This document shows positions 30,601 to 38,669 of a stretch of 64,000 nucleotides of DNA, in pieces. The position numbers and the translations under genes are program-made. Each line of letters begins with the position of its first letter. Positions within the stretch are counted from its first letter, which is position 1. Source of the stretch: Candidatus Omnitrophota bacterium (GTDB lineage: Bacteria > Omnitrophota > Gorgyraeia > Gygaellales > UBA12090). The stretch spans positions 87,819-151,818 of the forward strand of contig JAUSCZ010000023.1 of NCBI GenBank assembly GCA_030674475.1, in the 5' to 3' direction. Under the pieces are notes generated by a model. The model had not been told where the DNA came from and searched no databases. It saw only the letters and a list, made by a program, of their open reading frames with translations.

Positions 30601-31150
30601 ATTGAAAAAGGTTTACGATCGCTTAAATAAGGACAGTGGCGATCAGCCAGAACGTCCGTTGTTTTTTAAAGATGTGAGTCCGGATGAAGAGGTTGCGGAG
30701 GACCAGAAGTATGTTGATTTTCTGCCGGTATATTCGCTCCAGGCTGTAGCGACAAGCTTTGGTAAGGAAGAGCACGTGGAAATGCTTGGATGGAAGAAAA
30801 TAAAAAATAAACGGCTGAATAAAGACATGTTTATTGCTCAGGTTGTTGGTAAGTCAATGGAGCCGACAATTTTGGATGGTAGTTTTTGTCTTTTCCGCTT
30901 TGAGCGGGGCGGCTCGCGCAATGGTTTGGTGGTGCTTGTCGAATCTCGGTTGGTTACCGATCCTGAAACCAGCCAGAAATTTACAATCAAGCGCTATAAA
31001 AGTGAAAAAGAAACTTTGCCCGATGGCGGGTGGAGGCACAAGCGCATAATACTCTCACCTGATAACAAAGACTTTAAAGATATCACTCTGGAGAATGTGA
31101 GCGGTGATGATTTTAGAATCGTAGCAGAATTTGTAGAGGCATTATCTTAA
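27620..31150 (+). CDS. hsdR: type I restriction enzyme R subunit with a C-terminal LexA/UmuD-like S24 serine peptidase domain fusion
   Basis: SF2 helicase motifs (GSGKS Walker A, VIVDEAHSSQ DEAH box, GFTATP, QTMSRLNR). The C-terminal ~110 aa carry S24 motifs: VVGKSMEPTILDGSFCLF (Ser nucleophile), FTIKRYK (catalytic Lys), RIILSPDNKDF...GDDFRIVAEFVEAL. Confidence 0.85.
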   Translation: MRLRMVSIINEKAFEESIEQSLIDHGGYVKGDPNNFSRDLAIDQAVLFQFIKDTQKNVWDSLTAIHGADVEKKFLYRLNQELDARGMLDCLRRGVTDYGKKIMLAYFKPVSKLNPETQKLFDKNILTVTRQVHYSTKDESSIDMLLSINGLPVATIELKNPFTGQDVDDAKRQYKYDRDERELLFQFKKRALVHFAVDTDVIYMTTRLQGSKTRYLPFNKGYNKGSGNPPNPSGHKTAYLWEVVLVKDSWMDILGRFLHLEVEEKAFDGRKFKIETLIFPRYHQLDSVRKLSSDALANGAGKNYLIQHSAGSGKSNSIAWLAYHLAGLYDKGDKRIFDAVIVITDRIVLDKQLQDTIYQFEHKLGVVEKIDKDSTQLAQALTSGTNIIITTLQKFPFVLDKVGALPRRNYAVIVDEAHSSQGGESAKKMKDVLSALDKTEIVSEKADEDDDIEDEIRESMLKRGPRPNLSFFGFTATPKAKTLEFFGQKGIDGKPQPFHLYSMRQAIEERFIFDVLENYTSYQTFFQLSKKIEDDPNMNKKKAACAIARFLTLHPYNLAQKTEVMIEHFRQVTMKKIGGKAKAMVVTASREHVVRYKHEFDRYLKEKGYKDIKALVAFSGKVLLDGIPPEYTEEGINTYIDKQGQTRYVREKELPGKFATSEYQILLVAEKYQTGYDEPLLHTMYVDKRLDGVKAVQTMSRLNRTCPGKEDTFILDFVNKREDILAAFQPYYEQTQLSDVTDPNKLYDLKTKLDSFRVVYQSDIDAFCVVFFRNKELQTKREHAQLNSIVDVAVERFKVIEKDEHKEDFVNTLGVFVRLYAFLAQIMPFQDIELEKFYAYSRLLLKKLPGPDRGERYHLGDEVALEYYRLQKIADGKIQLQKDSGAAIEPISEAGTKKDKDEYALLSEIINLLNDRFGTDFTEADKLFFDQIEEEMVMDEKLGVQAKTNTMDNFKYGFEDVFIAKLVDRMDQNQDIFNKIMDDKAFAAVVKDYLLKKVYDRLNKDSGDQPERPLFFKDVSPDEEVAEDQKYVDFLPVYSLQAVATSFGKEEHVEMLGWKKIKNKRLNKDMFIAQVVGKSMEPTILDGSFCLFRFERGGSRNGLVVLVESRLVTDPETSQKFTIKRYKSEKETLPDGGWRHKRIILSPDNKDFKDITLENVSGDDFRIVAEFVEALS

Positions 31151-31181
31151 GGTAAAAATAAATAAATAAGGGATAGCTCAA

Positions 31182-31209
31182 TTGATTTAAAAGGTTTATT
31201 TGTTATAAT
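31182..31209 (+). promoter_or_regulatory. sigma70-like promoter TTGATT-N16-TATAAT upstream of the ABC-F gene
   Basis: ttgatt at 31182-31187, tataat at 31204-31209. Confidence 0.45.
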
Positions 31210-31306
31210 GGCGCTAAACTTCCTAACACTGGTTTGTTTATGCCGAATTCGTGGCGCGATGTCTACCGCGGCAATCGTTTTTTATGAAAGGTTAAAGGGA
31301 TAAAAT

Positions 31307-32941
31307 ATGATTTCAGTTAATAATGTGTCATTACAATTCGGTCAGCGTAAGCTGTTCTCAGAGGTCAGCATTGTTTTTTCGCCGGGCAACTGCTATGGCT
31401 TGATTGGCGCCAATGGTTCGGGTAAATCCACATTTTTAAAGATTCTTTCCGGAGAGGTTGATTCGTCCGCGGGAGAAGTTGCTATTGCTCCGGGTAAGCG
31501 GCTCTCTACCTTAAGACAGGATCAATTTGCCTTTGATGAATATACGGTATTAACCACGGTGATTATGGGGCATAAAAAGCTTTATGAAATTATGCTGGCC
31601 AAAGACGCGATATATTCTAAAACGCCTTTTACCGACGCTGACGGAATGCACGCCGCGGAGCTGGAGGGAGAGTTCGCTGAACTAGAGGGATGGAACGCTG
31701 AATCCGACGCGGCTAAGTTGTTAAGCGAACTGGGTATTGAGGAATTCCTGCATACGGCGCAAATGAAAACGCTTGAGGCCGGGCAGAAGGTGCGAATATT
31801 GTTGGCCCAGGCCTTATTTGCTAATCCCGATATCCTGCTCTTGGATGAGCCTACCAATTATCTGGATGTTGAGTCGAGTATGTGGCTGGAGGAATTTCTC
31901 TACGCTTTTGAGAATACCGCTATCATTGTCTCGCACGACCGGCATTTCTTAGATAAAGTCTGCACCCATATCGCGGATATTGATTTCGGTAAGATCCATC
32001 TCTATCCCGGCAATTATACTTTTTGGTCGGAGGCCAGCCAGCTGGCGGCGCGCCAGCGCAGTGAATCTAACAAAAAGATAGAAGAGCGGCGCAAGGAATT
32101 GAAAGATTTTATTATGCGTTTTTCCGGCAACGCCTCTAAGGCCCGCCAGGCCACCAGCCGCAAAAAAACCCTGGAAAAGCTTACTATAGAGGACATTGAA
32201 CCTTCTTCGCGCAAATACCCCTATATCAATTTTGAACCGGAGCGCGAGGCCGGCAATGACCTCCTGAATATAGATCATCTGTTTAAAACAGTTGACGAGC
32301 AGAGTATGTTTGAGCGGTTGAATATTACCATTCGCAGGGGTGATAAGGTTGCTTTTGTCGGCCCAAATGACCTGGCCAAGACCATACTTTTTCAGATTTT
32401 GATGAATGAGGCTCAATCGGATAGCGGCACTTTTAAGTGGGGCTCTTCTACCAAGCGGGCGTATTATCCCAGAGATAATTCCGCGTTTTTTAGCCGGGAC
32501 CTGACCATTATTGATTGGCTCAGGCAGTATTCCGCCAACACGGAACAGGAGTTTATCCGCGCCTTCTTAGGCCGGATGCTTTTTTCCGGGGAAGAATCGC
32601 TTAAGCCGGTAACTGTTTTATCCGGAGGAGAGAAGGCGAGGTGTATGTTAGCCCGGATGATGGTTTCTCAGCCTAATGTGCTTATTCTGGATGAACCGAC
32701 CAATCATCTGGACTTGGAAGCGATCACCTCCTTAAACCGAGGCCTGGAGAAATTCCGCGGGACCATCTTGTTTTCTTCCCACGATCATCAGTTAGTCCAG
32801 ACGGTAGCCAACCGCATTATCGAGATTACCCCTAAGGGATATATTGACCGGGTGGACACCACCTATGATGAATACCTGGCCAATGAGCAGATAAAACAAC
32901 AGCGCCATGAACTATACGCGGGGCGCCCGCTAAGTAAATAA
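31307..32941 (+). CDS. ABC-F family ATPase (two nucleotide-binding domains, no TM domain)
   Basis: NBD1 Walker A GANGSGKST, Walker B ILLLDEPTNYLD. NBD2 signature LSGGEKAR, Walker B ILILDEPTNHLD. NBD2 Walker A (GPNDLAKT) and NBD1 signature (LEAGQ) are degenerate. Confidence 0.8.
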   Translation: MISVNNVSLQFGQRKLFSEVSIVFSPGNCYGLIGANGSGKSTFLKILSGEVDSSAGEVAIAPGKRLSTLRQDQFAFDEYTVLTTVIMGHKKLYEIMLAKDAIYSKTPFTDADGMHAAELEGEFAELEGWNAESDAAKLLSELGIEEFLHTAQMKTLEAGQKVRILLAQALFANPDILLLDEPTNYLDVESSMWLEEFLYAFENTAIIVSHDRHFLDKVCTHIADIDFGKIHLYPGNYTFWSEASQLAARQRSESNKKIEERRKELKDFIMRFSGNASKARQATSRKKTLEKLTIEDIEPSSRKYPYINFEPEREAGNDLLNIDHLFKTVDEQSMFERLNITIRRGDKVAFVGPNDLAKTILFQILMNEAQSDSGTFKWGSSTKRAYYPRDNSAFFSRDLTIIDWLRQYSANTEQEFIRAFLGRMLFSGEESLKPVTVLSGGEKARCMLARMMVSQPNVLILDEPTNHLDLEAITSLNRGLEKFRGTILFSSHDHQLVQTVANRIIEITPKGYIDRVDTTYDEYLANEQIKQQRHELYAGRPLSK

Positions 32942-32963
32942 AGGACCCCACGATTCTGAAAAT

Positions 32964-34487
32964 ATGAAAAAAATTATAATAGTGGGTTTTGTTATGTCAG
33001 TAAGCGTTAGCATCGGTATTTTTTTTATTCTTCAAAAGCGTTCAGTGCCGCCACCGGTTAGTAAATGCGGCGATAACATCTGCGATGAATTTGAAAAAAG
33101 AAGCCCTTATTTATGTCCCAAAGATTGCGTATCTCTGCCCAGCGTTTTTAATAGGTCATCGCTTGATTCTCCCTTTGGAATGTTGCCATTTTTTTCGTTT
33201 GATAAGTCTCTTCGCGAAGGCCCGCCGCCGAAGCCCGAGCACTTTGATTTTAAGCCAACCGAAGATTTGGGTCTTAAATGGGGCAGGGCTCATTATTTAA
33301 TATGGTCAATGGTTCAGCCCACAAAGAACGATGTTGATAAAGAAAGGTATGATTGGTCGGATAGTGATTCGGTTTTAGGCTCTTATCCGGAGGGTTTCAA
33401 TGCCGTTGAAAACATAATAGCGTTTTCCGCCAAGGTGGATGATGAAGGAGAACATCTGGATAATTTTTCCTTTCCCAATAAAGAAGCAGAGGAGGAATAT
33501 ATTCGTTTTGTCAAAAAAGGAGTAGAAAGATATGACGGAGACGGCAAAGATGATATGCCTGGTTTGAAAAACCCGATAAAATATTGGCAAGTTGAAAACG
33601 AGCCGGACTTAAAAGCGAAAAAAGATTGGAGCGGTTACGCGAATTTGCTGAAAATAACTTATGAGGGGATAAAATCGGTGTGCGCCGATTGCCAGGTTAT
33701 AATCGGAGGAATGGGCGGGGAAATGAGAGGGTTAAATGAATTTTTTAAACCTGCTTTAGAAAAGCTTGGCGGGAAATATTTTGATATTTTTGACTACCAT
33801 TGTTATGGGAGTAAGGAAGATTGGTATAAATGCGGGCGCTTGGCGGAAGAAATAAAGATGGCTTTCCCGGATAATAATTTTGAAATCTGGCTTACTGAAA
33901 CGGGCACATGGAGTGGAAATCATAACGACCCGTCCGGCCAACCTTCCAAAATACAAACAGAAGAGGATCAGGCAAAAGCCCTTGTCAAATTCTATGTGTA
34001 TCCTCTTTCTAGGGGGGTTAAGAAAGTTTTCTGGGCATGGGGAATTTTGGAGGGTTTTGGAGGTCCGGAAAATAACATTTTTGATAAAACAGGTTTGATG
34101 TATGACGGTTATTATTCTGATGATCTTGGTTTCGGAGTCAAAAAACTCTCCTATTACACCTACAAAAAAATGGTGGAAATGCTTGAAGGCAGTGAGTGGG
34201 ATACTATTGAAACAATTACCGAGAAAAATGATATGTACGCGTATAAGTTTTTAAGAGGCGGCAAAACTGTCTGGATCGCGTGGAACGATAGCGATAGCGA
34301 GAAAGAGGTGGTAATAGAAGATATTGGTTCGCAAGAAGTTAAAATAACCGAAGCAGTCGCGAATTGCGACTCAGGAAAAGAGGTTAAGGATCGCTCAACC
34401 GCCTTCTCAACAAAAACTGAAGGCATTAAAAACGGGAAGATAATGCTAAAGATAAAAGATATACCGGTTTTTGTGGAGGAAATTTAG
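32964..34487 (+). CDS. membrane-anchored or secreted glycoside hydrolase, clan GH-A (cellulase-like TIM barrel)
   Basis: N-terminal hydrophobic helix. ENEP (acid/base) in WQVENEPDL and TETG (nucleophile) in IWLTETGTW, spaced as in GH5/GH39-type enzymes. Confidence 0.55.
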   Translation: MKKIIIVGFVMSVSVSIGIFFILQKRSVPPPVSKCGDNICDEFEKRSPYLCPKDCVSLPSVFNRSSLDSPFGMLPFFSFDKSLREGPPPKPEHFDFKPTEDLGLKWGRAHYLIWSMVQPTKNDVDKERYDWSDSDSVLGSYPEGFNAVENIIAFSAKVDDEGEHLDNFSFPNKEAEEEYIRFVKKGVERYDGDGKDDMPGLKNPIKYWQVENEPDLKAKKDWSGYANLLKITYEGIKSVCADCQVIIGGMGGEMRGLNEFFKPALEKLGGKYFDIFDYHCYGSKEDWYKCGRLAEEIKMAFPDNNFEIWLTETGTWSGNHNDPSGQPSKIQTEEDQAKALVKFYVYPLSRGVKKVFWAWGILEGFGGPENNIFDKTGLMYDGYYSDDLGFGVKKLSYYTYKKMVEMLEGSEWDTIETITEKNDMYAYKFLRGGKTVWIAWNDSDSEKEVVIEDIGSQEVKITEAVANCDSGKEVKDRSTAFSTKTEGIKNGKIMLKIKDIPVFVEEI

Positions 34488-34565
34488 TAAACTTGGTTTC
34501 TGTGATAAAGTAGTAGCACGAAAATAGCTATTGTTAGGTAATGCTCCCCATTACGCAAGGACAGA

Positions 34566-34802
34566 ATGAATAATAGTATTGAAAGGGATTTGGGCGAACA
34601 GCCTATAGCGCGGATAATGATAGCGGATGGATTAAGCCCGCATGATATTGTAGCCGCCTCAACCAAACAGATGACGCACAAGATGATATCGCGCGCGGCC
34701 AAGGGCAGAAGATTGACGCCCCCGGTGCAATTAAAGATTCTTAACGCCTTAAACAAAGCCACAGGAAAAAACTATTCATTAAGGGATCTCTTTAATTATT
34801 AA
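34566..34802 (+). CDS. small hypothetical protein (78 aa), possibly DNA-binding
   Basis: ORF preceded by AAGGA 5 nt upstream of ATG; preferred over the overlapping minus-strand ORF. Confidence 0.35.
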   Translation: MNNSIERDLGEQPIARIMIADGLSPHDIVAASTKQMTHKMISRAAKGRRLTPPVQLKILNALNKATGKNYSLRDLFNY

Positions 34803-34833
34803 ATCAAAGACCTTTAGAGGAAGGGAGTGAGCT

Positions 34834-36144
34834 ATGAATAAGATGGGTATAAAGTGGCTTTATCAGGAGTTGCCTGAGTTAATAATCAGGGGTGTTTTGA
34901 CCCAAGAAGCGGCTGATAAGATACGGCAGTATTATGGCGAAGTAAAAAGTATAAGTAAAACGACTGTAATGCTGATTATTTTAGGAACCATAGGAGCTCT
35001 TTTAATCGGCCTGGGGATAATCCTTTTGCTTGCCCACAACTGGGAGCAGCTTTCACGATTTACCAGAGCTGTCCTTTCTTTGGTCCCCTTAGTCATAGGA
35101 CAAGCCTTGGCCTTATGGGTTTTGTGGAAAAGGCCGCAATCCGGCGCGTTCAAAGAAGGCTCGGCAACTTTTTTGAGCCTCATGGCGGGAGCCTCAATAG
35201 CCTTAATCAGTCAGACCTATAATATCCCAGGAGATACAGGGACTTTTATTTTAACCTGGATGCTTCTTATTATCCCTTTGGTGTATCTTATGCAAGCGTC
35301 AATACCCGCGGTAATTTATTTAATAGGCATTACCGCCTGGTCCGGAACCCATGGGGATAACCCGGTTACGTCGGTTCTGTTCTGGCCTTTAGCGGCCATA
35401 GCTATGCCGCATTTTATCTGGGCTTTACGTCAAGAGATGTATGCCTTGCGCGCTGCCTTATTTTCTTTAACTATGATTATCTGCGTTTCTTATGCCGCCA
35501 GTTTCAGCTTGGGAAAAACCTGGCCCGGCTCCTGGGTTATTATTTTCCCCAGCATATATTCTGTGTTTTATTTTCTTGGGCGATTAGAAGTTAACAAGAT
35601 TACTACTAATTGGCAAAGGCCGTTACGTCTGATAGGGGCCATAGGGTTATTTATACTCGCGTTTCTATTTACCTTTCGTTATATCTGGCAGTATTTAGAT
35701 GATTATTCTTACGGAATGAGCGGAAATATCGCCGGCATCAGCGCTCTGCCGGATTATATTATAACCTTAGCGATCATAGCCGCGGCAATATTGTTATTCT
35801 ACGACCAGGTTAAACGTAAGAACATTACGATTTCATTGCCGGGGGCAGTTCCTTTATTAGCAATAATAGCTTATTTTTTTCGCGGACAGTCAATAGTCTT
35901 ACCTTTAATGATTTTTAATCTTTACCTGTTTATTTTGAGTCTGAGCCGGATGACAGCCGGTATTCGCGGCAATAATCTGGCGGTTATTAATACCGGGATG
36001 TTGATGCTGGCGATACTCATTATCGCCAGGTTTTTTGACAGCGATATTAGTTTTATCATAAAAGGGCTGGTATTCATAATCGTAGGTATCGGATTTTTAG
36101 TTACCAACGCGATACTCGTCCGCCGAATGAGAGGTGTAAAATGA
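34834..36144 (+). CDS. polytopic membrane protein, DUF2157-like
   Basis: 436 aa, about 12 predicted TM helices. Translationally coupled (ATGA overlap) to the downstream GDYXXLXY-like gene, a pairing I recall for DUF2157. Confidence 0.45.
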   Translation: MNKMGIKWLYQELPELIIRGVLTQEAADKIRQYYGEVKSISKTTVMLIILGTIGALLIGLGIILLLAHNWEQLSRFTRAVLSLVPLVIGQALALWVLWKRPQSGAFKEGSATFLSLMAGASIALISQTYNIPGDTGTFILTWMLLIIPLVYLMQASIPAVIYLIGITAWSGTHGDNPVTSVLFWPLAAIAMPHFIWALRQEMYALRAALFSLTMIICVSYAASFSLGKTWPGSWVIIFPSIYSVFYFLGRLEVNKITTNWQRPLRLIGAIGLFILAFLFTFRYIWQYLDDYSYGMSGNIAGISALPDYIITLAIIAAAILLFYDQVKRKNITISLPGAVPLLAIIAYFFRGQSIVLPLMIFNLYLFILSLSRMTAGIRGNNLAVINTGMLMLAILIIARFFDSDISFIIKGLVFIIVGIGFLVTNAILVRRMRGVK

Positions 36145-36701
36145 ATCGCAGGCTGATTATCGGATTATTTATATGCCTATCCTTTATTCAAATCACTGCT
36201 CCTCTGTCCATGATTATAAGGCGGGAATCTGTTCTTAAGAATGGCGAGCAGTTTAAATTCAAGACCGCGCCGGTTGATCCTTACGATGCCTTTAGGGGAA
36301 GATATGTTGCCTTGCGCCTTGAAGAGAATTATGTTCCTGCCGTGAAAGAAATAAAATTAAGCCGGGGCCGGACGGTATACGCGCTTATCACTACAGATAG
36401 CCAGGATTTCGCGAGATTTACTGCCGTAGTTACCGCCAGGCCGTCCGATAAACCGTATATTCAGACAAAGGTGCTATATGTCACCAGTGATAAAGTATAT
36501 TTAGATTTACCAATTGACCGGTATTATATGGAAGAAACTGCCGCTCCTGCGGCAGAAAGAATTTATCAGGAACACGCTCAGCGCGGCGCGCAAGACGCCT
36601 ATATTATGGTGAGGATAAAAGACGGCTTCGCTGTTATAGAAAGTCTTTATGTCGGCGCTCAGACCATTGAAGACGCGCTTAGGCAGGAAAGAAAAAGATA
36701 A
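36141..36701 (+). CDS. GDYXXLXY-domain-like protein with N-terminal signal/anchor
   Basis: 186 aa, N-terminal hydrophobic helix. C-terminal QDAYIMVRIKDGFAVIESLYVG resembles the GDYxxLxY motif region. Confidence 0.4.
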   Translation: MNRRLIIGLFICLSFIQITAPLSMIIRRESVLKNGEQFKFKTAPVDPYDAFRGRYVALRLEENYVPAVKEIKLSRGRTVYALITTDSQDFARFTAVVTARPSDKPYIQTKVLYVTSDKVYLDLPIDRYYMEETAAPAAERIYQEHAQRGAQDAYIMVRIKDGFAVIESLYVGAQTIEDALRQERKR

Positions 36702-36719
36702 TAGGTTTGAGCCGGCTAG

Positions 36720-36753
36720 GTCTTGAAACTTGACGGTTACTTTCTAAACATGG
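36720..36753 (+). repeat. direct repeat copy 1 (GTCTTGAAAnTTGACnGTTACTTTC...ATG) flanking the 36982-38016 cassette
   Basis: gtcttgaaacttgacggttactttctaaacatg; matches 38065-38097 at about 28 of 33 positions. Confidence 0.55.
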
Positions 36754-36981
36754 TAAAACATATCAGGGATATCTTTGAGGAAAATAAATCCGGGAGCGAA
36801 TATTAAAATTAATAATTAAGTATCGTATCCCGCTAATCTTTATGCGAGATACCGTTTGACTAAGAAGGGTGCTAAGGAAAAGATGAGATAATGTTTAATG
36901 TCCGGGTCTGACCCCTAAAGTTTCTGGTAACGCTAAAGCTATTTATTTTTTGGGTAATTAAGATGGTGAAGGAGAAATAAA

Positions 36982-37395
36982 ATGAAAAAACTAACGGTTT
37001 TGTTATTGTGCTTATTTTGTTTTGGTTGCGAGCAGAAATCAATCAAACCACCTTCAAAATTAGAAGACAGAGAAGCAGAACTTTTAATGAAAAATTCACT
37101 TAATGAAAATATAGAATTATTGGCTGTCAAATATGGCGTTGATACAAAGACTCTGGAAGGGGTTATTGGCGATTATGAAGAATTAACTCAAGGGATTAGT
37201 ATAACAAGAGCAATGCATAATATTGCAGATAAAACCAATGAAGAAAAAGCTACGACTTTAAAGCCGCAAATCGTGAGTATTCAGGTTGCTATAGAAGCGG
37301 TAAGCAACAAGTATCAAATTCCTAAGGAGAAAGTCGGCAATATATTGATTGATAACAAAATGATGATGCAGTATTCAGGGGAGCGAGATGAATAA
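36982..37395 (+). CDS. small lipoprotein (lipobox LFCFGC)
   Basis: Signal peptide plus lipobox cysteine MKKLTVLLLCLFCFGCEQ; GGAGA 6 nt upstream of ATG. Confidence 0.5.
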   Translation: MKKLTVLLLCLFCFGCEQKSIKPPSKLEDREAELLMKNSLNENIELLAVKYGVDTKTLEGVIGDYEELTQGISITRAMHNIADKTNEEKATTLKPQIVSIQVAIEAVSNKYQIPKEKVGNILIDNKMMMQYSGERDE

Positions 37396-37615
37396 AAAAC
37401 AATTAATAGTTGCTTGGGTGTCAATTTTATCTTATTGCTTAATGCTTTTATATTTTATGCTAAAGCGTTGGGCTTTATTCTATGAAACTGGGGGGTATGG
37501 TAAAAGCTTATCTGAACTTTTAACCGGAGTATACCAAGTTATAACACTATACTTTATTCCAATCTTTATTATTGGCGGTCTCATAATCTATACTCTAAGG
37601 GACAAGAAGAAATGA
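37388..37615 (+). CDS. small membrane protein (75 aa, 2 TM)
   Basis: Overlapping start/stop with neighbours, indicating a three-gene operon. Confidence 0.4.
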   Translation: MNKKQLIVAWVSILSYCLMLLYFMLKRWALFYETGGYGKSLSELLTGVYQVITLYFIPIFIIGGLIIYTLRDKKK

Positions 37616-38016
37616 AAAATAAAGCGTTGGTTCAAAAACAATTTGATAAAATTTTTGAATATTTTAAAGAAGATGTTTTTACTGGACAGACTGATAGAAA
37701 AAAAATGGAGAAAATAGCCAAATTGGTTGCTGATAATATTAATAATAACTATAAACAATTAATCTTCTTTTTATTATTAAAACTTGCAAAAATAGATAAA
37801 AAAATTGATGAGTATTTTGAGTTCATTGGGGTTAGTTCTGCAGCTAATGCGTATTGCATTGTAAAGAAGTTAGGTTTAAATAATAAGGAAACCAAAGAAA
37901 TTTTTGCTGATATGCAGACAGAAACTAAGTGGGGTATAGAAAAAATAAGAAAAGAAAAGAAAGAAATAAGAGAATTGGTAAAGATGTTTTCATTAAGATT
38001 GAGAAGAAAAAAATGA
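37612..38016 (+). CDS. hypothetical lysine-rich protein (134 aa)
   Basis: ORF coupled to the upstream gene; no recognisable motif. Confidence 0.35.
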   Translation: MKNKALVQKQFDKIFEYFKEDVFTGQTDRKKMEKIAKLVADNINNNYKQLIFFLLLKLAKIDKKIDEYFEFIGVSSAANAYCIVKKLGLNNKETKEIFADMQTETKWGIEKIRKEKKEIRELVKMFSLRLRRKK

Positions 38017-38064
38017 CTTTCAGGCTAATACAGACGTCTTAAATAGAGCATTAAAGGGGTCAAG

Positions 38065-38097
38065 TCTTGAAAATTGACAGTTACTTTCCAGATATGA
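38065..38097 (+). repeat. direct repeat copy 2 (partner of 36720-36753)
   Basis: gtcttgaaaattgacagttactttccagatatg. Confidence 0.55.
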
Positions 38098-38339
38098 GAG
38101 AATGGCGGGGTTAACCCTTGTCCCGACGAAAAGTCGGGATCCCGACCTTGTCGGGAAAATGTGAAAAGATTTGATAAATAAAGAAAAGGATTGCCCATAA
38201 TTTTAGAGTTAGGTTGATTGAGGCATATAGTTGTTATAAAAACTTGTAATTTACGGCAAAGAGTGATGTAATTGTATCAGATATTGAAGCGATTAATAAG
38301 CTTAATCGCCTCTCGGATTATTAATTTTATCTTTTCTAC

Positions 38340-38669
38340 ATGGCAACAAGTAATTGCAGAGATTTTGGCATTGAAAACATCAATGCTTTCCGCGTTAATG
38401 AAAATATTCACGATTTTTCAAATTTGATTAAAGATTATAAGCATAGATTAAAAACAACAGCAGAAAAATGTTCACGTTCATATCCTTCAGGAATAGTAGA
38501 ATATGATGAATATTATCCTGCAAAATCAAGGGATATCATCGACCAGATTGACTGTCTTCTTGCCCAGCACTACGGTTTCACCCACGAGGAGTTGGATTTC
38601 ATCATTAACTACGACAACAAATACCGCATGGGCAAGGAACTGGACAATGGGGAGGAGAATGAAAAATGA
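38340..38669 (+). pseudogene. 3'-terminal fragment of a DNA methyltransferase / type IIG-like restriction-modification gene
   Basis: C-terminal block LAQHYGFTHEELDFIINYDNKYRMG is the characteristic tail of N6-adenine MTase/Eco57I-like proteins; no catalytic domain is present upstream. Confidence 0.5.

Noticed and set aside
34484-34762. 92-aa minus-strand ORF overlapping the 34566-34802 plus-strand ORF
   Set aside because: The plus-strand ORF has an AAGGA box at the right spacing and fits the uniformly plus-strand gene organisation. Neither is strongly supported, so only the plus-strand one is listed, at low confidence.
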